Source: a virus (lineage: Duplodnaviria > Heunggongvirae > Uroviricota > Caudoviricetes). Taken from it: 64,000 nt of DNA. The stretch is from the IMG/VR virus record IMGVR_UViG_3300032093_014924. One strand, given 5' to 3'. This document shows positions 8,942 through 20,043 of the stretch, in pieces. Below the pieces are notes generated by a model. The model was not told the DNA's origin, searched no databases, and saw only the letters and a list, made by a program, of their open reading frames with translations. The stretch's first letter is position 1. Each line of letters begins with the position of its first letter. Both the position numbers and the translations under genes were made by a program.

Positions 8942-11083
8942 TTAAAAATCCATACTTAATTCTAACATAATAGTATTAGCAGGTATTAATTTAACTGGAT
9001 TACTAACTTTACCTATACATACTAAATTAAAATCAGAATCGTACACGCCAACTTCTGTTAATCTAATAGTAGCTGGATTAGTAGTTAAATCTTTACTTCT
9101 TGTTGGATTTGTTGTTGTGTTAAATACATTAGAATCAACACGTATATCAAATATTGTTTTATAAATTGATGCACCAATATATGTTTGAATATTACCATAG
9201 AAAAATCTTTCATCACCAAATTGTAAAAGACTTGGTTGATTGGTATTTGGCATATTTAAAATATTTATTAAATTAAATTGTGATGATGCTGTATCTCTAC
9301 CTTTCGTTAAAACAAAATCATTTGTTAAAGGGTTTTGATTTTCTAATGATACTGGGTTTATAGTTTCACCACTATTAGTTGTTATTGCTGTTGATGTATA
9401 ATCATATACTTTCCATGCATTAGGGTCTGGTCTAGTGGTTGATGCTGAAACAATTTGATATACTAATTTAAACTTATCAGCATAAAAACCAAGTCCGTCA
9501 TATCCAACAAGTTCTTTCTTTCTCATGTATGGTAATTCATCAACTTGATTTATCCTAAATTGTATGTCTTTAGCACTTGGTGTGTTATTTGTTACTTTAA
9601 CATAATTTTGACAAGGTAAACTTGTTGTTAAACCAGTTGATAAACTATTTTCTAAAATATATGTTAAATATATCGTTTGATTTGATAACAACACACCAGT
9701 TGATGTTCCACCACTTGGTGATACAATATTAGCAGCTAGGTTAGGTAATGTCCAATTTCTATTTGATTTGTAAGATATCGCTGAAACTATTTCATCATCA
9801 TGTATTACAATCATTTTTAATTGTGGTAATACTTTACCAACAACCATTGGTGTTGCACCTGTTGATGAAATAAGTGAAGGTTCTTCAATTAAATCTATAT
9901 ATTCAATATCACTTGTACCGATATATTTTGTAGCACCTGAAGCAATAAATGTCATACCCATTGTTGTACCACTACCTGTTGAGAAATTTCTTCTGTGGTA
10001 CATTAAATCTGGCATAATTACTTTGACTATTTTATTATTGGTTGCATCAACATATAAAAATTCACCATATAAGTTAGAAATAGAGTTATTTGTGAAATGT
10101 ATGATAGACACTGATTTAGAAACGTCATCTGGATAACTAATACCAGGTCCATTACAATTAAAAGTCTCAGTATTACCACTAGAATCACATAAATATTCCA
10201 AATAAGGGTTCTTAGTACCCAAATAAGGGTATGACCCAAAACTTGTGTATTGTTCGTTAGGTGTAGGGTCTCCAGTTACCATACCTGCTAAACTTTCACA
10301 CCAAACATTATTCATATTCCAAACTGGCACATCATGACATGTTACATTTACAGAAGAATTAAATGATAATGTTCCAGAATCCCAATATGATGTTGTATTA
10401 CCTGTAGCAATCGTATCATAAACTTCACCACCCTTATATGCAATAATATATGAGCTAGCCGAATCACCAGAATAATTTGGTAAATTTCTATCTAATACTA
10501 ATGTACTACCACTTATACTTTGAACTTTATACCATAAATTTGGTATTGGTGTGGTTGTATTTGAACCAGCAATAGAACCAGTTGTACCGTTTGATAATCT
10601 TAATAATATTACATCTCCAACACTTATATTTGATACTGAACCAGTTAAAGTTAATGAAGTTGAACCACTTAAATTTGAGTTTGGAATAAGCTGATTATTA
10701 GATGTATAACCAGATGTCAATATAGTGGTGTTACTTGATGCACCACTAAAAAAACCTCTTTCTGTTGCTTCATTATTAACAACTGCTTTAACAACACTTA
10801 AATTAGATGAATTAATTGGTTGATAAGGTGTTGCTGAATTATTAGGTGATATAAAATATTTTATATTTGGTTGTCTATCAAATGGTCTTAAAACTTTACT
10901 ACTTGCAGATAAAGTTACATCATTAGGGTTAGCATCTACAATGGCTTCTCTTTCATAATTTATTTCTGAATCCCCTATTGCCCAATAAGAAAAATTTAAT
11001 TTACCCATTGATAATTTTTCACGACCTTTTTCAGTTAGTTTTATGCTAACAAATGGACTGTTTGTATTAATAATATAACTCAT
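8942..11083 (-). CDS. virion structural protein, tail-collar/fibre-attachment-like
   Basis: N-term KLTEKGREKL..WAIGDSEINY and C-term RLTEVGVYDSDFNLVCIGK; located in the baseplate gene block. Confidence 0.6.
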   Translation of the reverse strand: MSYIINTNSPFVSIKLTEKGREKLSMGKLNFSYWAIGDSEINYEREAIVDANPNDVTLSASSKVLRPFDRQPNIKYFISPNNSATPYQPINSSNLSVVKAVVNNEATERGFFSGASSNTTILTSGYTSNNQLIPNSNLSGSTSLTLTGSVSNISVGDVILLRLSNGTTGSIAGSNTTTPIPNLWYKVQSISGSTLVLDRNLPNYSGDSASSYIIAYKGGEVYDTIATGNTTSYWDSGTLSFNSSVNVTCHDVPVWNMNNVWCESLAGMVTGDPTPNEQYTSFGSYPYLGTKNPYLEYLCDSSGNTETFNCNGPGISYPDDVSKSVSIIHFTNNSISNLYGEFLYVDATNNKIVKVIMPDLMYHRRNFSTGSGTTMGMTFIASGATKYIGTSDIEYIDLIEEPSLISSTGATPMVVGKVLPQLKMIVIHDDEIVSAISYKSNRNWTLPNLAANIVSPSGGTSTGVLLSNQTIYLTYILENSLSTGLTTSLPCQNYVKVTNNTPSAKDIQFRINQVDELPYMRKKELVGYDGLGFYADKFKLVYQIVSASTTRPDPNAWKVYDYTSTAITTNSGETINPVSLENQNPLTNDFVLTKGRDTASSQFNLINILNMPNTNQPSLLQFGDERFFYGNIQTYIGASIYKTIFDIRVDSNVFNTTTNPTRSKDLTTNPATIRLTEVGVYDSDFNLVCIGKVSNPVKLIPANTIMLELSMDF

Positions 11084-11132
11084 ATCTTTTCTTTTATTAA
11101 AATTTATTTATAAATATGTTCTTGTAAACAAT

Positions 11133-12557
11133 TTAGTAAGAATTTATTGAATTAGTTGCGATTGTTATCGGTATTGTATCGCTATATTCAATACTTGTTA
11201 TTATATCACCACATATTGTTTCATAGTTTTTTGTATTTTTAACTCTATAATACAATTTTGTACCAACATCACCACTAGCTATAAAACTATCACTATATAG
11301 TGTTGTTCCGACAATATATTGTGTATTACCAGTAGAATAGAAAGTATTAAATGAAGTTCCAGTACTAACTTGTAAACTAAATGTACCAGCAGTTGTTTGT
11401 GGCGGTGTATTAATTTCCCATGAAACTGTTGGGTTGTTTGTTATTAAATCATTAACAACACTCATAAATGGAAAATAAACAATAGTGATTATATCACCAA
11501 TCATAACATCTCCATTAAGAATTATTCTTTTTGGATTTGTTGTTGATTGATAATAATCAACATTATTTGCTAATGTTACACCATTTATCATTACAATGAT
11601 TGTGTTAGGATTAAGTGGTGTTACTGTAGTGTATATTTCATATTTACCAGTTGTTGTATTAAAATAAGGGTTATTTGACCCTTGATTATTTGTTGAACCA
11701 CTGGTAATTGTTGTTGTAACATTGATAATATCGTGTGAAAATTTACCAACCACACTATTTGTATAAATTACAGTTACAATATCATCTTCATATGTTTCAC
11801 CACTTAGTGTTATAACATTACCTGTGAATGTGTAATCTAAATTTGGTGCTAATGTTAACCCGTTTAATGTAACAATAAAATCATTAAAATATGGTGCACC
11901 AATAACAAATTCAGTTTGTCCTGATTGTGGTATTATCACTTGCTGTGTTAATTGACCAGGTGTTAATGTGTTATCGCTATTATTTATTATAACTGGTTTA
12001 TCAGCTACTTTCATCGCTATAAAATAAAAATCTAAATCTTTATTATATAGGTTATATTGTTGACCAATTTTATTAATAGAAGTATCAATTGTTTTACCTA
12101 ATTTATTTAAAAAAGTTGTACAACTAGGGAAATCATAATAACCCTTTATTAGATACTCACCATCTAATGTTAATGCAGATACTGGTATATTTTGTAATGT
12201 TGTATTAGTTGCACTAAAAGATGGATAAGATAAATTATCTGATTTATAAACTGGTGGTAATAAAAAAGCTAAGTTATTTTTATTGTATTTATATATTTCA
12301 TATTTAAATGTCGCAGTATTTGCGGTGAATGTGTCAGTATTTGCAGTAAAATTAAAAGTTAATGGTATTGTTGTTGCTGTACTGATAACATAAGATGTAC
12401 CTGTAACACCACTACAATCTATTTTTGATGCCCCACTAATAGTAAATTGTGGTGCATTAAAAATACAAATATCAGAACTCATATTAACATTTAATAAGTC
12501 TCTATTCCTAGCACCGCTATGGGCATTTTGTATGTATATTAATTCTTGATATCTCAT
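11133..12557 (-). CDS. putative virion structural protein (beta-rich, two internal VxxNGxTL..xxDY repeats)
   Basis: IVTLNGLTLAPNLDYT and IVMINGVTLANNVDYY; T-rich; structural-gene context. Confidence 0.6.
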   Translation of the reverse strand: MRYQELIYIQNAHSGARNRDLLNVNMSSDICIFNAPQFTISGASKIDCSGVTGTSYVISTATTIPLTFNFTANTDTFTANTATFKYEIYKYNKNNLAFLLPPVYKSDNLSYPSFSATNTTLQNIPVSALTLDGEYLIKGYYDFPSCTTFLNKLGKTIDTSINKIGQQYNLYNKDLDFYFIAMKVADKPVIINNSDNTLTPGQLTQQVIIPQSGQTEFVIGAPYFNDFIVTLNGLTLAPNLDYTFTGNVITLSGETYEDDIVTVIYTNSVVGKFSHDIINVTTTITSGSTNNQGSNNPYFNTTTGKYEIYTTVTPLNPNTIIVMINGVTLANNVDYYQSTTNPKRIILNGDVMIGDIITIVYFPFMSVVNDLITNNPTVSWEINTPPQTTAGTFSLQVSTGTSFNTFYSTGNTQYIVGTTLYSDSFIASGDVGTKLYYRVKNTKNYETICGDIITSIEYSDTIPITIATNSINSY

Positions 12558-12799
12558 TAATAATCTATTGTTATATTGATTACTGGTATGTTATATTGAT
12601 TTTTTAGTCCAAACTCTATTGGTTTTTCTAATAAATATATCTGTTCTGTTTTTGAAAAATTTTGTAGAAATGCCTCAAGTCCATATATGTTTATATAATC
12701 CTCTTTTTGTAAATCAGATGTTATTGATTTAACATATTTTACATTGCTATTATGGTTATCATAAAACTTAGCTTCAATACTTTTAATTAACGTAGGCAT
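12557..12799 (-). CDS. hypothetical protein (80 aa)
   Basis: ORF tightly coupled to neighbours (1-nt overlap and 1-nt gap). Confidence 0.65.
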   Translation of the reverse strand: MPTLIKSIEAKFYDNHNSNVKYVKSITSDLQKEDYINIYGLEAFLQNFSKTEQIYLLEKPIEFGLKNQYNIPVINITIDY

Positions 12800-12800
12800 A

Positions 12801-15560
12801 TTAAATTATTTCAAAATCTTTAGTTATTTTACAACAAGCACTATCTGTTATTGTCACGCTATGTATACCACCAATATTAAATGTTGTCGTACTATCTGTT
12901 GAGCCATTACTCCATTGATAAGTAACTGGTGCCGTTGCATTTATTAAATTTAAACTAGCGTTAAAACCATTAAGTATTACTGTTGCGTTTAAATCACAAT
13001 TAGTTATCACTTGTTGGTTTTTAGAACATTCAGCAAAATCATTAAAGGTTTCACCATTATCAGTATTTTCATTACCTATAATTGAAACAGTACCAATAAA
13101 TTCAGAACCATGATTCATCTGAGCTAAACATATTTCTGTACAAACACTTTTTATATCATTATCAACAGTGTCTCCAGTTAAATTAATATTTGTTGTTATT
13201 ACTTCTATATTATTTTTACATTGACCATTTGGTTTATTTATTGGGCTTAATACATTTGGTAATATATTAGTGTAAGGGTTTTTACATAACAATGAACTAT
13301 ATGACCTATATTTAAATTTTTGTTGGTCAAAGATTGAATTTTTATAAACTTTTACACTACCCCATATTGTTGTTGATGGTACAACTTGTTCAACTATATC
13401 AAACCAATAACCATTAATTAATTCAGTAAATTTATCAATTGATACATAATTAAAGGCTGAACTTTTTGTTGAACAATAATTCAAACTATTTAAATACCTA
13501 TCATATAATGCTTTTATTGTAGGGTAAGCTGATATTGTTTGTCTATTTTTAGCATCTATTAATTCAGTTGCTAATACATTAACAAATTCTTCAACACTAG
13601 TTGTTGATGATAATGGTGTTGATAATAAACTATTAAAATCTATTTTATTATCACCACAACACAATGGTGGGAATAAACCGTCATCAGTTTGAGAAAACGG
13701 TATTGGGTCCATAGAAGCATCAAAAGGAGCACAACTTGATGTTGTTATACCATCTACATCTATTGGTGGGCAACTAGTATAACATGAATTACAATTAGTC
13801 ACACCAGTTAATATACATGGATTATCCAATGTATAGCACCAAACATCAGTTTCTATTGCTGATGCTATATCTATATTTAAGTCTATTTCTTTAGTGTTAA
13901 TTACTAATCTTTCATCATTGACATCATAATTTGTTTGTCTTATACTATTTGTATCGTCAATATCAGAAATTTTAAAGTTTCTATTTACTCTAGTTGTATT
14001 ATTTAACCAAGACTTTTTATTATCTATTACTTTTTCTAATTCAAAACCAGGACATTTAGTTACAAATATTTCCGTTTTTTCAATTATTTGACAAACTTTA
14101 TCAAGTTTTATGTTATCAATTAAAATACATACATCACCACAAGTATGATTTATTTTTAAACCTACTTTTATTTTCTTATTAGCTATTAAACTAATAACAT
14201 TAGGGTCATTAATAATGGTTGAAAAAGATAACCAATTTGATGTAAAAGCACTATTTGATAAAGTATTTTTAAATGTGTTAAATCCATTTGTTGTTCCACT
14301 TAAACCAGATTGTGCATATAATGTTTGAATAATATTGTTAATTACTAAATTACATGATGTGTCATTTGCATAATTAAGACCTGATGGGTCTGGTATTAAT
14401 TTTAAATTAAAAGGTTTGCATGATTGTCCACCACAAACATAAAAGCCGCTATTTGGATTATTTAACAAATAAGAGTATAATAATCCACTACCAATTTCTG
14501 GGAATAAATTAGTATCTTCATAAGCTGTTTGTAAAACATTATTAGAATCAACATATTCTAATGTCATAGACACATTTAACCCTTCAAACATATCAATAGG
14601 GTTTGTACAAGATATCTCTGTATTTTCAGCTAATTCGTTTTCTAATTCAATTAATTCTGACTCTAATGTTGTTAATGTTTCATCACATATTTTTTTGTTT
14701 ATTTCTAATAACTCTTTTTGTTTTATTAAATAATATTTTGTATTAAATGGTACTTCACATTCATATACTAAATTAGCATTAGTTGAATTATTTTGTGATA
14801 ATAAATTTGTAACATCATTACAATCAAAAGAATTTTGGTCACCATTTAAAAATGCTTGAAATCTAACAGTACCTAAAATATTTTCCCAAGCAGTTAATCC
14901 ATCAGGGTCTGTTAAACAAAAAAGTTTTGTATTTAAACTTTGTTTTAGATTGCAAAAAATTGAATATGGTGTATTAGTTATTTGTGTTGTAACTATATCT
15001 ATTTCATTTTGGATTGATTCACATAATGCTTTTTGATTTTCAATCTCTGTGTTTTTTTGATTTATATCATTTTTTATTTGTGTTGATAATGAATTTTGTG
15101 TGTTATTTTGATTTAGAAAACTAGCTAAAGTTTCACATTTTATTTTAAACAAATAATCAAAATCAACTTTAACAAAGCAATTATCAGTTTCACCCAATTC
15201 AAAAATACTACCATCATTACCAATTGGATTTAACACTATTTTAAAAGTGTTTTCTATACTACAAGGTGGTTTATCAGCCCATAAACATTTTTGTGTTTCT
15301 TTGTCAAAAACATATCCGTTTTTTAATCTTGTACAACAATATTCATTTAAAATATATGGTACTAAACCACTAGTATTCCCAATAGGATTAACTACAAAAA
15401 CACTAACAGTACCATCTGAATTTTCTTTTATTTGACCACCATTGGTTAGAATTTCTTTTTCGCTTAAACATTTAGGTAAATTAATAAAATCCACACTGAC
15501 ATCAGAAGAATCACCAATACCTATTTCACCATTTATGTCTAAATTTATATCTAAACCCAT
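12801..15560 (-). CDS. Cys-rich putative virion structural protein (919 aa)
   Basis: Long ORF in the structural block; many Cys and CC pairs; C-term YQWSNGST..VTITDSACC adhesin-like repeat. Confidence 0.65.
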   Translation of the reverse strand: MGLDINLDINGEIGIGDSSDVSVDFINLPKCLSEKEILTNGGQIKENSDGTVSVFVVNPIGNTSGLVPYILNEYCCTRLKNGYVFDKETQKCLWADKPPCSIENTFKIVLNPIGNDGSIFELGETDNCFVKVDFDYLFKIKCETLASFLNQNNTQNSLSTQIKNDINQKNTEIENQKALCESIQNEIDIVTTQITNTPYSIFCNLKQSLNTKLFCLTDPDGLTAWENILGTVRFQAFLNGDQNSFDCNDVTNLLSQNNSTNANLVYECEVPFNTKYYLIKQKELLEINKKICDETLTTLESELIELENELAENTEISCTNPIDMFEGLNVSMTLEYVDSNNVLQTAYEDTNLFPEIGSGLLYSYLLNNPNSGFYVCGGQSCKPFNLKLIPDPSGLNYANDTSCNLVINNIIQTLYAQSGLSGTTNGFNTFKNTLSNSAFTSNWLSFSTIINDPNVISLIANKKIKVGLKINHTCGDVCILIDNIKLDKVCQIIEKTEIFVTKCPGFELEKVIDNKKSWLNNTTRVNRNFKISDIDDTNSIRQTNYDVNDERLVINTKEIDLNIDIASAIETDVWCYTLDNPCILTGVTNCNSCYTSCPPIDVDGITTSSCAPFDASMDPIPFSQTDDGLFPPLCCGDNKIDFNSLLSTPLSSTTSVEEFVNVLATELIDAKNRQTISAYPTIKALYDRYLNSLNYCSTKSSAFNYVSIDKFTELINGYWFDIVEQVVPSTTIWGSVKVYKNSIFDQQKFKYRSYSSLLCKNPYTNILPNVLSPINKPNGQCKNNIEVITTNINLTGDTVDNDIKSVCTEICLAQMNHGSEFIGTVSIIGNENTDNGETFNDFAECSKNQQVITNCDLNATVILNGFNASLNLINATAPVTYQWSNGSTDSTTTFNIGGIHSVTITDSACCKITKDFEII

Positions 15561-15581
15561 TTTTTATATATAATTATTTAA

Positions 15582-18236
15582 TTATTTTGTTTTTAACTCA
15601 GATTCGTCACATTTTATTTTACCAATATTTCTTTGAAAATAAATGTTGCTTATTTGACCATAAATACCTAATTGTAAATCTTGTAACCCTTTGTCTGTTA
15701 ATTGACAAGCATACCCTATTTGACCTGTATATGGGTCTTTTATATTTGGTACAGGGATTGTATATGGTGATACACAATTACAACCATCTGGTGTTACTAT
15801 AGCTTGTGAACCATCTTCAGTTGTGAATTGTAAGAAATTCCTAGGTATCTGTGTTTGAGTTACTGGACCAGAAACATATGGATTCATATTTACTTTCCAT
15901 TTACAAGCTAATGTACAACCACATTTACCAGTACTATCACAACAATAATAACCAGTATTTATAACTATATTGTTAAAATATTCTTTATTTAAAACTGGTG
16001 TTCCATTGTTTGATTTACAACATTCTTGTGTTGTATATTTTGTGTTATTAGTAATAAATTTTCCGTTATTATCAATTAAATAATTACCATTAATATCTTT
16101 TTGATAATATGAAAAATTTAAAAAACCTGTGTTATCTGAAGAAGGTTTACCAAATATATCAGGACACACATTTAAATTACCATTATCTGGGTTAGGATTT
16201 TTTTCCAAACAAAGACTTAAAACATTATCTGGACCAATATCTTTACAACCACATTCTGTTAATTTTAAATCATAATTAGGGTCTTGAATGATACTTGGTT
16301 TAAAAATAACACAATCTTCAATTGCAGCACCAAATTCATCAAATATATCTACATTTGTTACTGTTTGTGCAGTTAAAGAATTATTATCAAATGTACCATC
16401 TTCATAATTTTCATATAAATTTGTTACGTTTTCTGTTACAGTTATTGAACTTAATATTGTTGGTACAAAATTAGGTATTAAACACCTAAACTGGTCAATA
16501 TATCTAGAACCACCATCATATGGACCTAAATGCGGATTATTACCAGTTAAAATATCTATTGTTGCACCACTACCACCAGTTTCTCTATACCATAAACCAT
16601 AGTTTTGGAAATACATATCTGGTGTGTCTGGTAAAGTTCTAGGATAACCATTAGAATCTATCGGATATATAGATAAATCTAAATCTAAATTATTTTTACT
16701 TAATACTTGTAAAAATAAATCAATATCTATTGGTGCTGTTGCTCTATATATATGTTCATTAAATTTAATTAAACCATTTGGGGTTCCAATAAAATTTAAT
16801 AAAAATTCTATAGATTTTCTACTACCTTTTGATTTCCAAAGCCATGGTGAATTTAATATTATTCTTCTCCATAATTCAATATCATATTCAACAGGTGTTA
16901 AACCATATGTTTGACCAGAAAATGATGATACTGGTGTGTTAATGTAATTCATTAATAAATCGTTTTCAACAACTGATGAAACCAATTCCCATCCTAATAC
17001 TCTAGCAATATTTTTTAAATAGATATCTGGTGTGTTATCCATTTTATTATATGTTACAGTATTCGCATACTTTATACCAGTAATATAATTATTTATTTTA
17101 TCATATGAAGCACCATATATTTGAAGTGTTTTATTCATTTTTTGACCAGTTTCATCATGGTCAATATTTGTAACATATATTGGTGAAGTATCAAATGCGG
17201 TTATTGATTCAGCGACCAAAAACCTGTTCATTAAATCACTATTATTTATATCATTGTTTTTTGCTATATCTAATAACCTTGTGGCATAATAAACATATTC
17301 TGTTGTATCAAAATCAATATTATATCCATCACTTACTGGCCATGTTACACTATCAGTAAAATACAATATAATACCATTTTCAGTCTTAACTGGAAATGAA
17401 AATGTAGCCGTATATAAAGGTACTACTGAACGATTTAATAGATAAGCCTCAAGTTCTGGTAATGTGTTAAAAAAGCTATCATATTTAATCTTATTAGGTT
17501 TTATATGATATGTTGGGTAGGCATTTGTTAAACCAGAAAACGGATTACCTTTTACCTTAAAATATATTGAATCATTTTTTACATTAGTAGAACCCGTAAA
17601 GTTTAAAATATCATATTCTTGGTTTTGATAAAAAATATTATAAGATAAATAATTAATATTTAAATTTCTTAAATTATTTTGTTGGTTTGTGTTATTTGTA
17701 TAGTTAATACCAAATTTATTTACTAATGTATTTGTATTTACCTTAAATGTTGATGTTTCACTTAAAACATCATAAGTATAATTTTCTATTGTAAAACCAA
17801 TTTGTTCACTACCAAAGATATCAATAAAAATAGGGTTTGCATATAAAGAAGCTGGCCAATTTAATATAATATTTTCTAATGAAACTCTTACATATTCAGT
17901 TAAAGAACCAAACAAAGCATAATAATTTAGATTTCTTTTATCTAAATTTAAATAAGCTTTTTCATTATCATTTATTATAGTTGGTGCTGTTTGTTGTGTA
18001 ACACTTAATGTATTTAAAGTATAATAATTAGAAAATTTATTAGTTAAAAAAAACTTATTGTTTTTAGGCTCTAAATTTGTTGTTAAACTAAAATTACCAA
18101 ATGTTAATAATGGTGTGCTACCTATACTTGTGGTTTGTAAACCAACTAAGTCAGGTGAAAAATTACGATACTCTATACCATTATCGTATATTACCTTTTG
18201 CGCATAACCTACTACTTTTATTTTACTAGTTGACAT
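15582..18236 (-). CDS. putative baseplate wedge/structural protein (884 aa) with Cys-rich C-terminus
   Basis: LWRRIILNSPWLWKSKGSRKSIEFLLNFIG resembles baseplate wedge/tail protein I-type segments; baseplate context. Confidence 0.55.
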   Translation of the reverse strand: MSTSKIKVVGYAQKVIYDNGIEYRNFSPDLVGLQTTSIGSTPLLTFGNFSLTTNLEPKNNKFFLTNKFSNYYTLNTLSVTQQTAPTIINDNEKAYLNLDKRNLNYYALFGSLTEYVRVSLENIILNWPASLYANPIFIDIFGSEQIGFTIENYTYDVLSETSTFKVNTNTLVNKFGINYTNNTNQQNNLRNLNINYLSYNIFYQNQEYDILNFTGSTNVKNDSIYFKVKGNPFSGLTNAYPTYHIKPNKIKYDSFFNTLPELEAYLLNRSVVPLYTATFSFPVKTENGIILYFTDSVTWPVSDGYNIDFDTTEYVYYATRLLDIAKNNDINNSDLMNRFLVAESITAFDTSPIYVTNIDHDETGQKMNKTLQIYGASYDKINNYITGIKYANTVTYNKMDNTPDIYLKNIARVLGWELVSSVVENDLLMNYINTPVSSFSGQTYGLTPVEYDIELWRRIILNSPWLWKSKGSRKSIEFLLNFIGTPNGLIKFNEHIYRATAPIDIDLFLQVLSKNNLDLDLSIYPIDSNGYPRTLPDTPDMYFQNYGLWYRETGGSGATIDILTGNNPHLGPYDGGSRYIDQFRCLIPNFVPTILSSITVTENVTNLYENYEDGTFDNNSLTAQTVTNVDIFDEFGAAIEDCVIFKPSIIQDPNYDLKLTECGCKDIGPDNVLSLCLEKNPNPDNGNLNVCPDIFGKPSSDNTGFLNFSYYQKDINGNYLIDNNGKFITNNTKYTTQECCKSNNGTPVLNKEYFNNIVINTGYYCCDSTGKCGCTLACKWKVNMNPYVSGPVTQTQIPRNFLQFTTEDGSQAIVTPDGCNCVSPYTIPVPNIKDPYTGQIGYACQLTDKGLQDLQLGIYGQISNIYFQRNIGKIKCDESELKTK

Positions 18237-18243
18237 TTATATT

Positions 18244-19167
18244 TTAGATTGATGTAATATTAGTGAATGATTTAGTAAAATCAATATTAGTTCTTTGTTC
18301 TCTAACTTCAAATAATGGATTACCATTAAACACATCTTTAATTTCGTATAGAGTATATTGTTTGTAAATGTCATTACTAAAGTTATATATAGTATAAATA
18401 CCATCTTCAAGTGATTTAGTCTGATTACCAAATAATCCAAATGCAAGTGATTCAATATCGTATTCAACCATCTCTATTTCAATCATAATAGGATTAAAAA
18501 AAGTATTAGTTATTATAACTTGTTGATTTGGTTGACCAATAAAAGGAAAAGCATTTGGTTTAACATTTGATGCAGATGATGGTGATAAAGTACAAAATAC
18601 TAATGTAGAATTATCATTGAATCTATATCTAATAGCTTTTTGATTAGAATTAGTTAAATTCTGATTTACTGGTTCTGCACGATTATTTGATGTTACTATC
18701 CTAAATAAATTATTTATTTTAGCATCTGGTGCTGATGTATTTGTATTTAAATACTCTATCCTATATCCAACTAAATTATTATTCTCAAATTTTGATAAAA
18801 AATTACTTGGTATTGTTGCTGTATCAAATAATACACCATTTATGTCTGGATATGCCGATAAAACACCAATATCAACTATTCTTGTACGTATTTCAACAGG
18901 TTTTATAATTATGGTATAAAAACCTTTAATACCAAATGTTGTAGCTGGTAATTTTAATGTATATAACCCACCAAAAATTTCAAAACCAACTACATTTGAT
19001 TGTGTTTTATTAGGGTTATCTACTTTTAATAACACATCATTAGAATTCAATTTTATTAAGCTGGTATTACCTATTTTATCTCTAGATGGTGTGAAATGAT
19101 AAAATATTTCAACATCCTCTGGACTTACATCTGATGGTCTTACTATACCTACTGTTCCTGTTGCCAT
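18244..19167 (-). CDS. putative virion structural protein (307 aa)
   Basis: Intact ORF in the co-oriented structural block. Confidence 0.6.
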   Translation of the reverse strand: MATGTVGIVRPSDVSPEDVEIFYHFTPSRDKIGNTSLIKLNSNDVLLKVDNPNKTQSNVVGFEIFGGLYTLKLPATTFGIKGFYTIIIKPVEIRTRIVDIGVLSAYPDINGVLFDTATIPSNFLSKFENNNLVGYRIEYLNTNTSAPDAKINNLFRIVTSNNRAEPVNQNLTNSNQKAIRYRFNDNSTLVFCTLSPSSASNVKPNAFPFIGQPNQQVIITNTFFNPIMIEIEMVEYDIESLAFGLFGNQTKSLEDGIYTIYNFSNDIYKQYTLYEIKDVFNGNPLFEVREQRTNIDFTKSFTNITSI

Positions 19168-19179
19168 TTATTTATTTTT

Positions 19180-20043
19180 TTAAATTGTTGTTATATTATA
19201 AAATCCATTACCATATTTAATTAAATTATCTAAATTCTTTATTTCAGATAATCTTAAATGTAAATCTATAACAGATGTTATTGTTCTATCTATAAATACA
19301 TCGTTTCTAACTTCTGGTTGAGAAATTATTCCAAATAAATATTCTTCTTTGGTTATCGCTGATAATGAAACGTTTGTATTATTTATTCCTTCAGTTGTGT
19401 ATTTAAAAGTTGTTAACGGTACTAATTCTAAATTACCATCTATTAAGACTTGTCTTGATGTACCAGTATAATCGTAATATAAGAATCCTGTTGTTTGGTT
19501 ATTTGTACCGACAAATAAATTATCTTCAGCGTCAATAGCATATATTTTAGGTTCTGAATTACTTGTAACTCTACTAACACCACTTATTGGTATATTTTTA
19601 TAATTTAAATATCCTTCTTTTTGTATATTTAAACCAACTTTATATCTATCATTTCTATCGTAAGATGTAACTTCATCAATTTTACTTTCAGTAAAACCAG
19701 TTAATACATTATTACCATAATTATAAAAATCAGATTCAACTTTAGATGGTAATCTGACTGTTAATTTTTCTGTTGGGTTTGTTATTTGTGGCATAGTTGG
19801 TGTAACACCAACCATAAATGGAAATGTAATACCACTAGATGATAATTTATTTGTTAATATACTATAGTTGACAGGTGTTTGACTTTTTTCATTAAATTCA
19901 ATGTCTGTAAATAACCCCATGTTATCAATATTTTGCGTTAAAAAAACATTGATATAAAAAGTATCAGCAGTTAATTTACCCCAGTTCTTATCTGTTCTGG
20001 ATATACTGTCTTCTAAATATATTTTTCTTTTAATAACCTCCAT
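19180..20043 (-). CDS. putative virion structural protein (287 aa)
   Basis: Intact ORF in the structural block. Confidence 0.6.
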   Translation of the reverse strand: MEVIKRKIYLEDSISRTDKNWGKLTADTFYINVFLTQNIDNMGLFTDIEFNEKSQTPVNYSILTNKLSSSGITFPFMVGVTPTMPQITNPTEKLTVRLPSKVESDFYNYGNNVLTGFTESKIDEVTSYDRNDRYKVGLNIQKEGYLNYKNIPISGVSRVTSNSEPKIYAIDAEDNLFVGTNNQTTGFLYYDYTGTSRQVLIDGNLELVPLTTFKYTTEGINNTNVSLSAITKEEYLFGIISQPEVRNDVFIDRTITSVIDLHLRLSEIKNLDNLIKYGNGFYNITTI

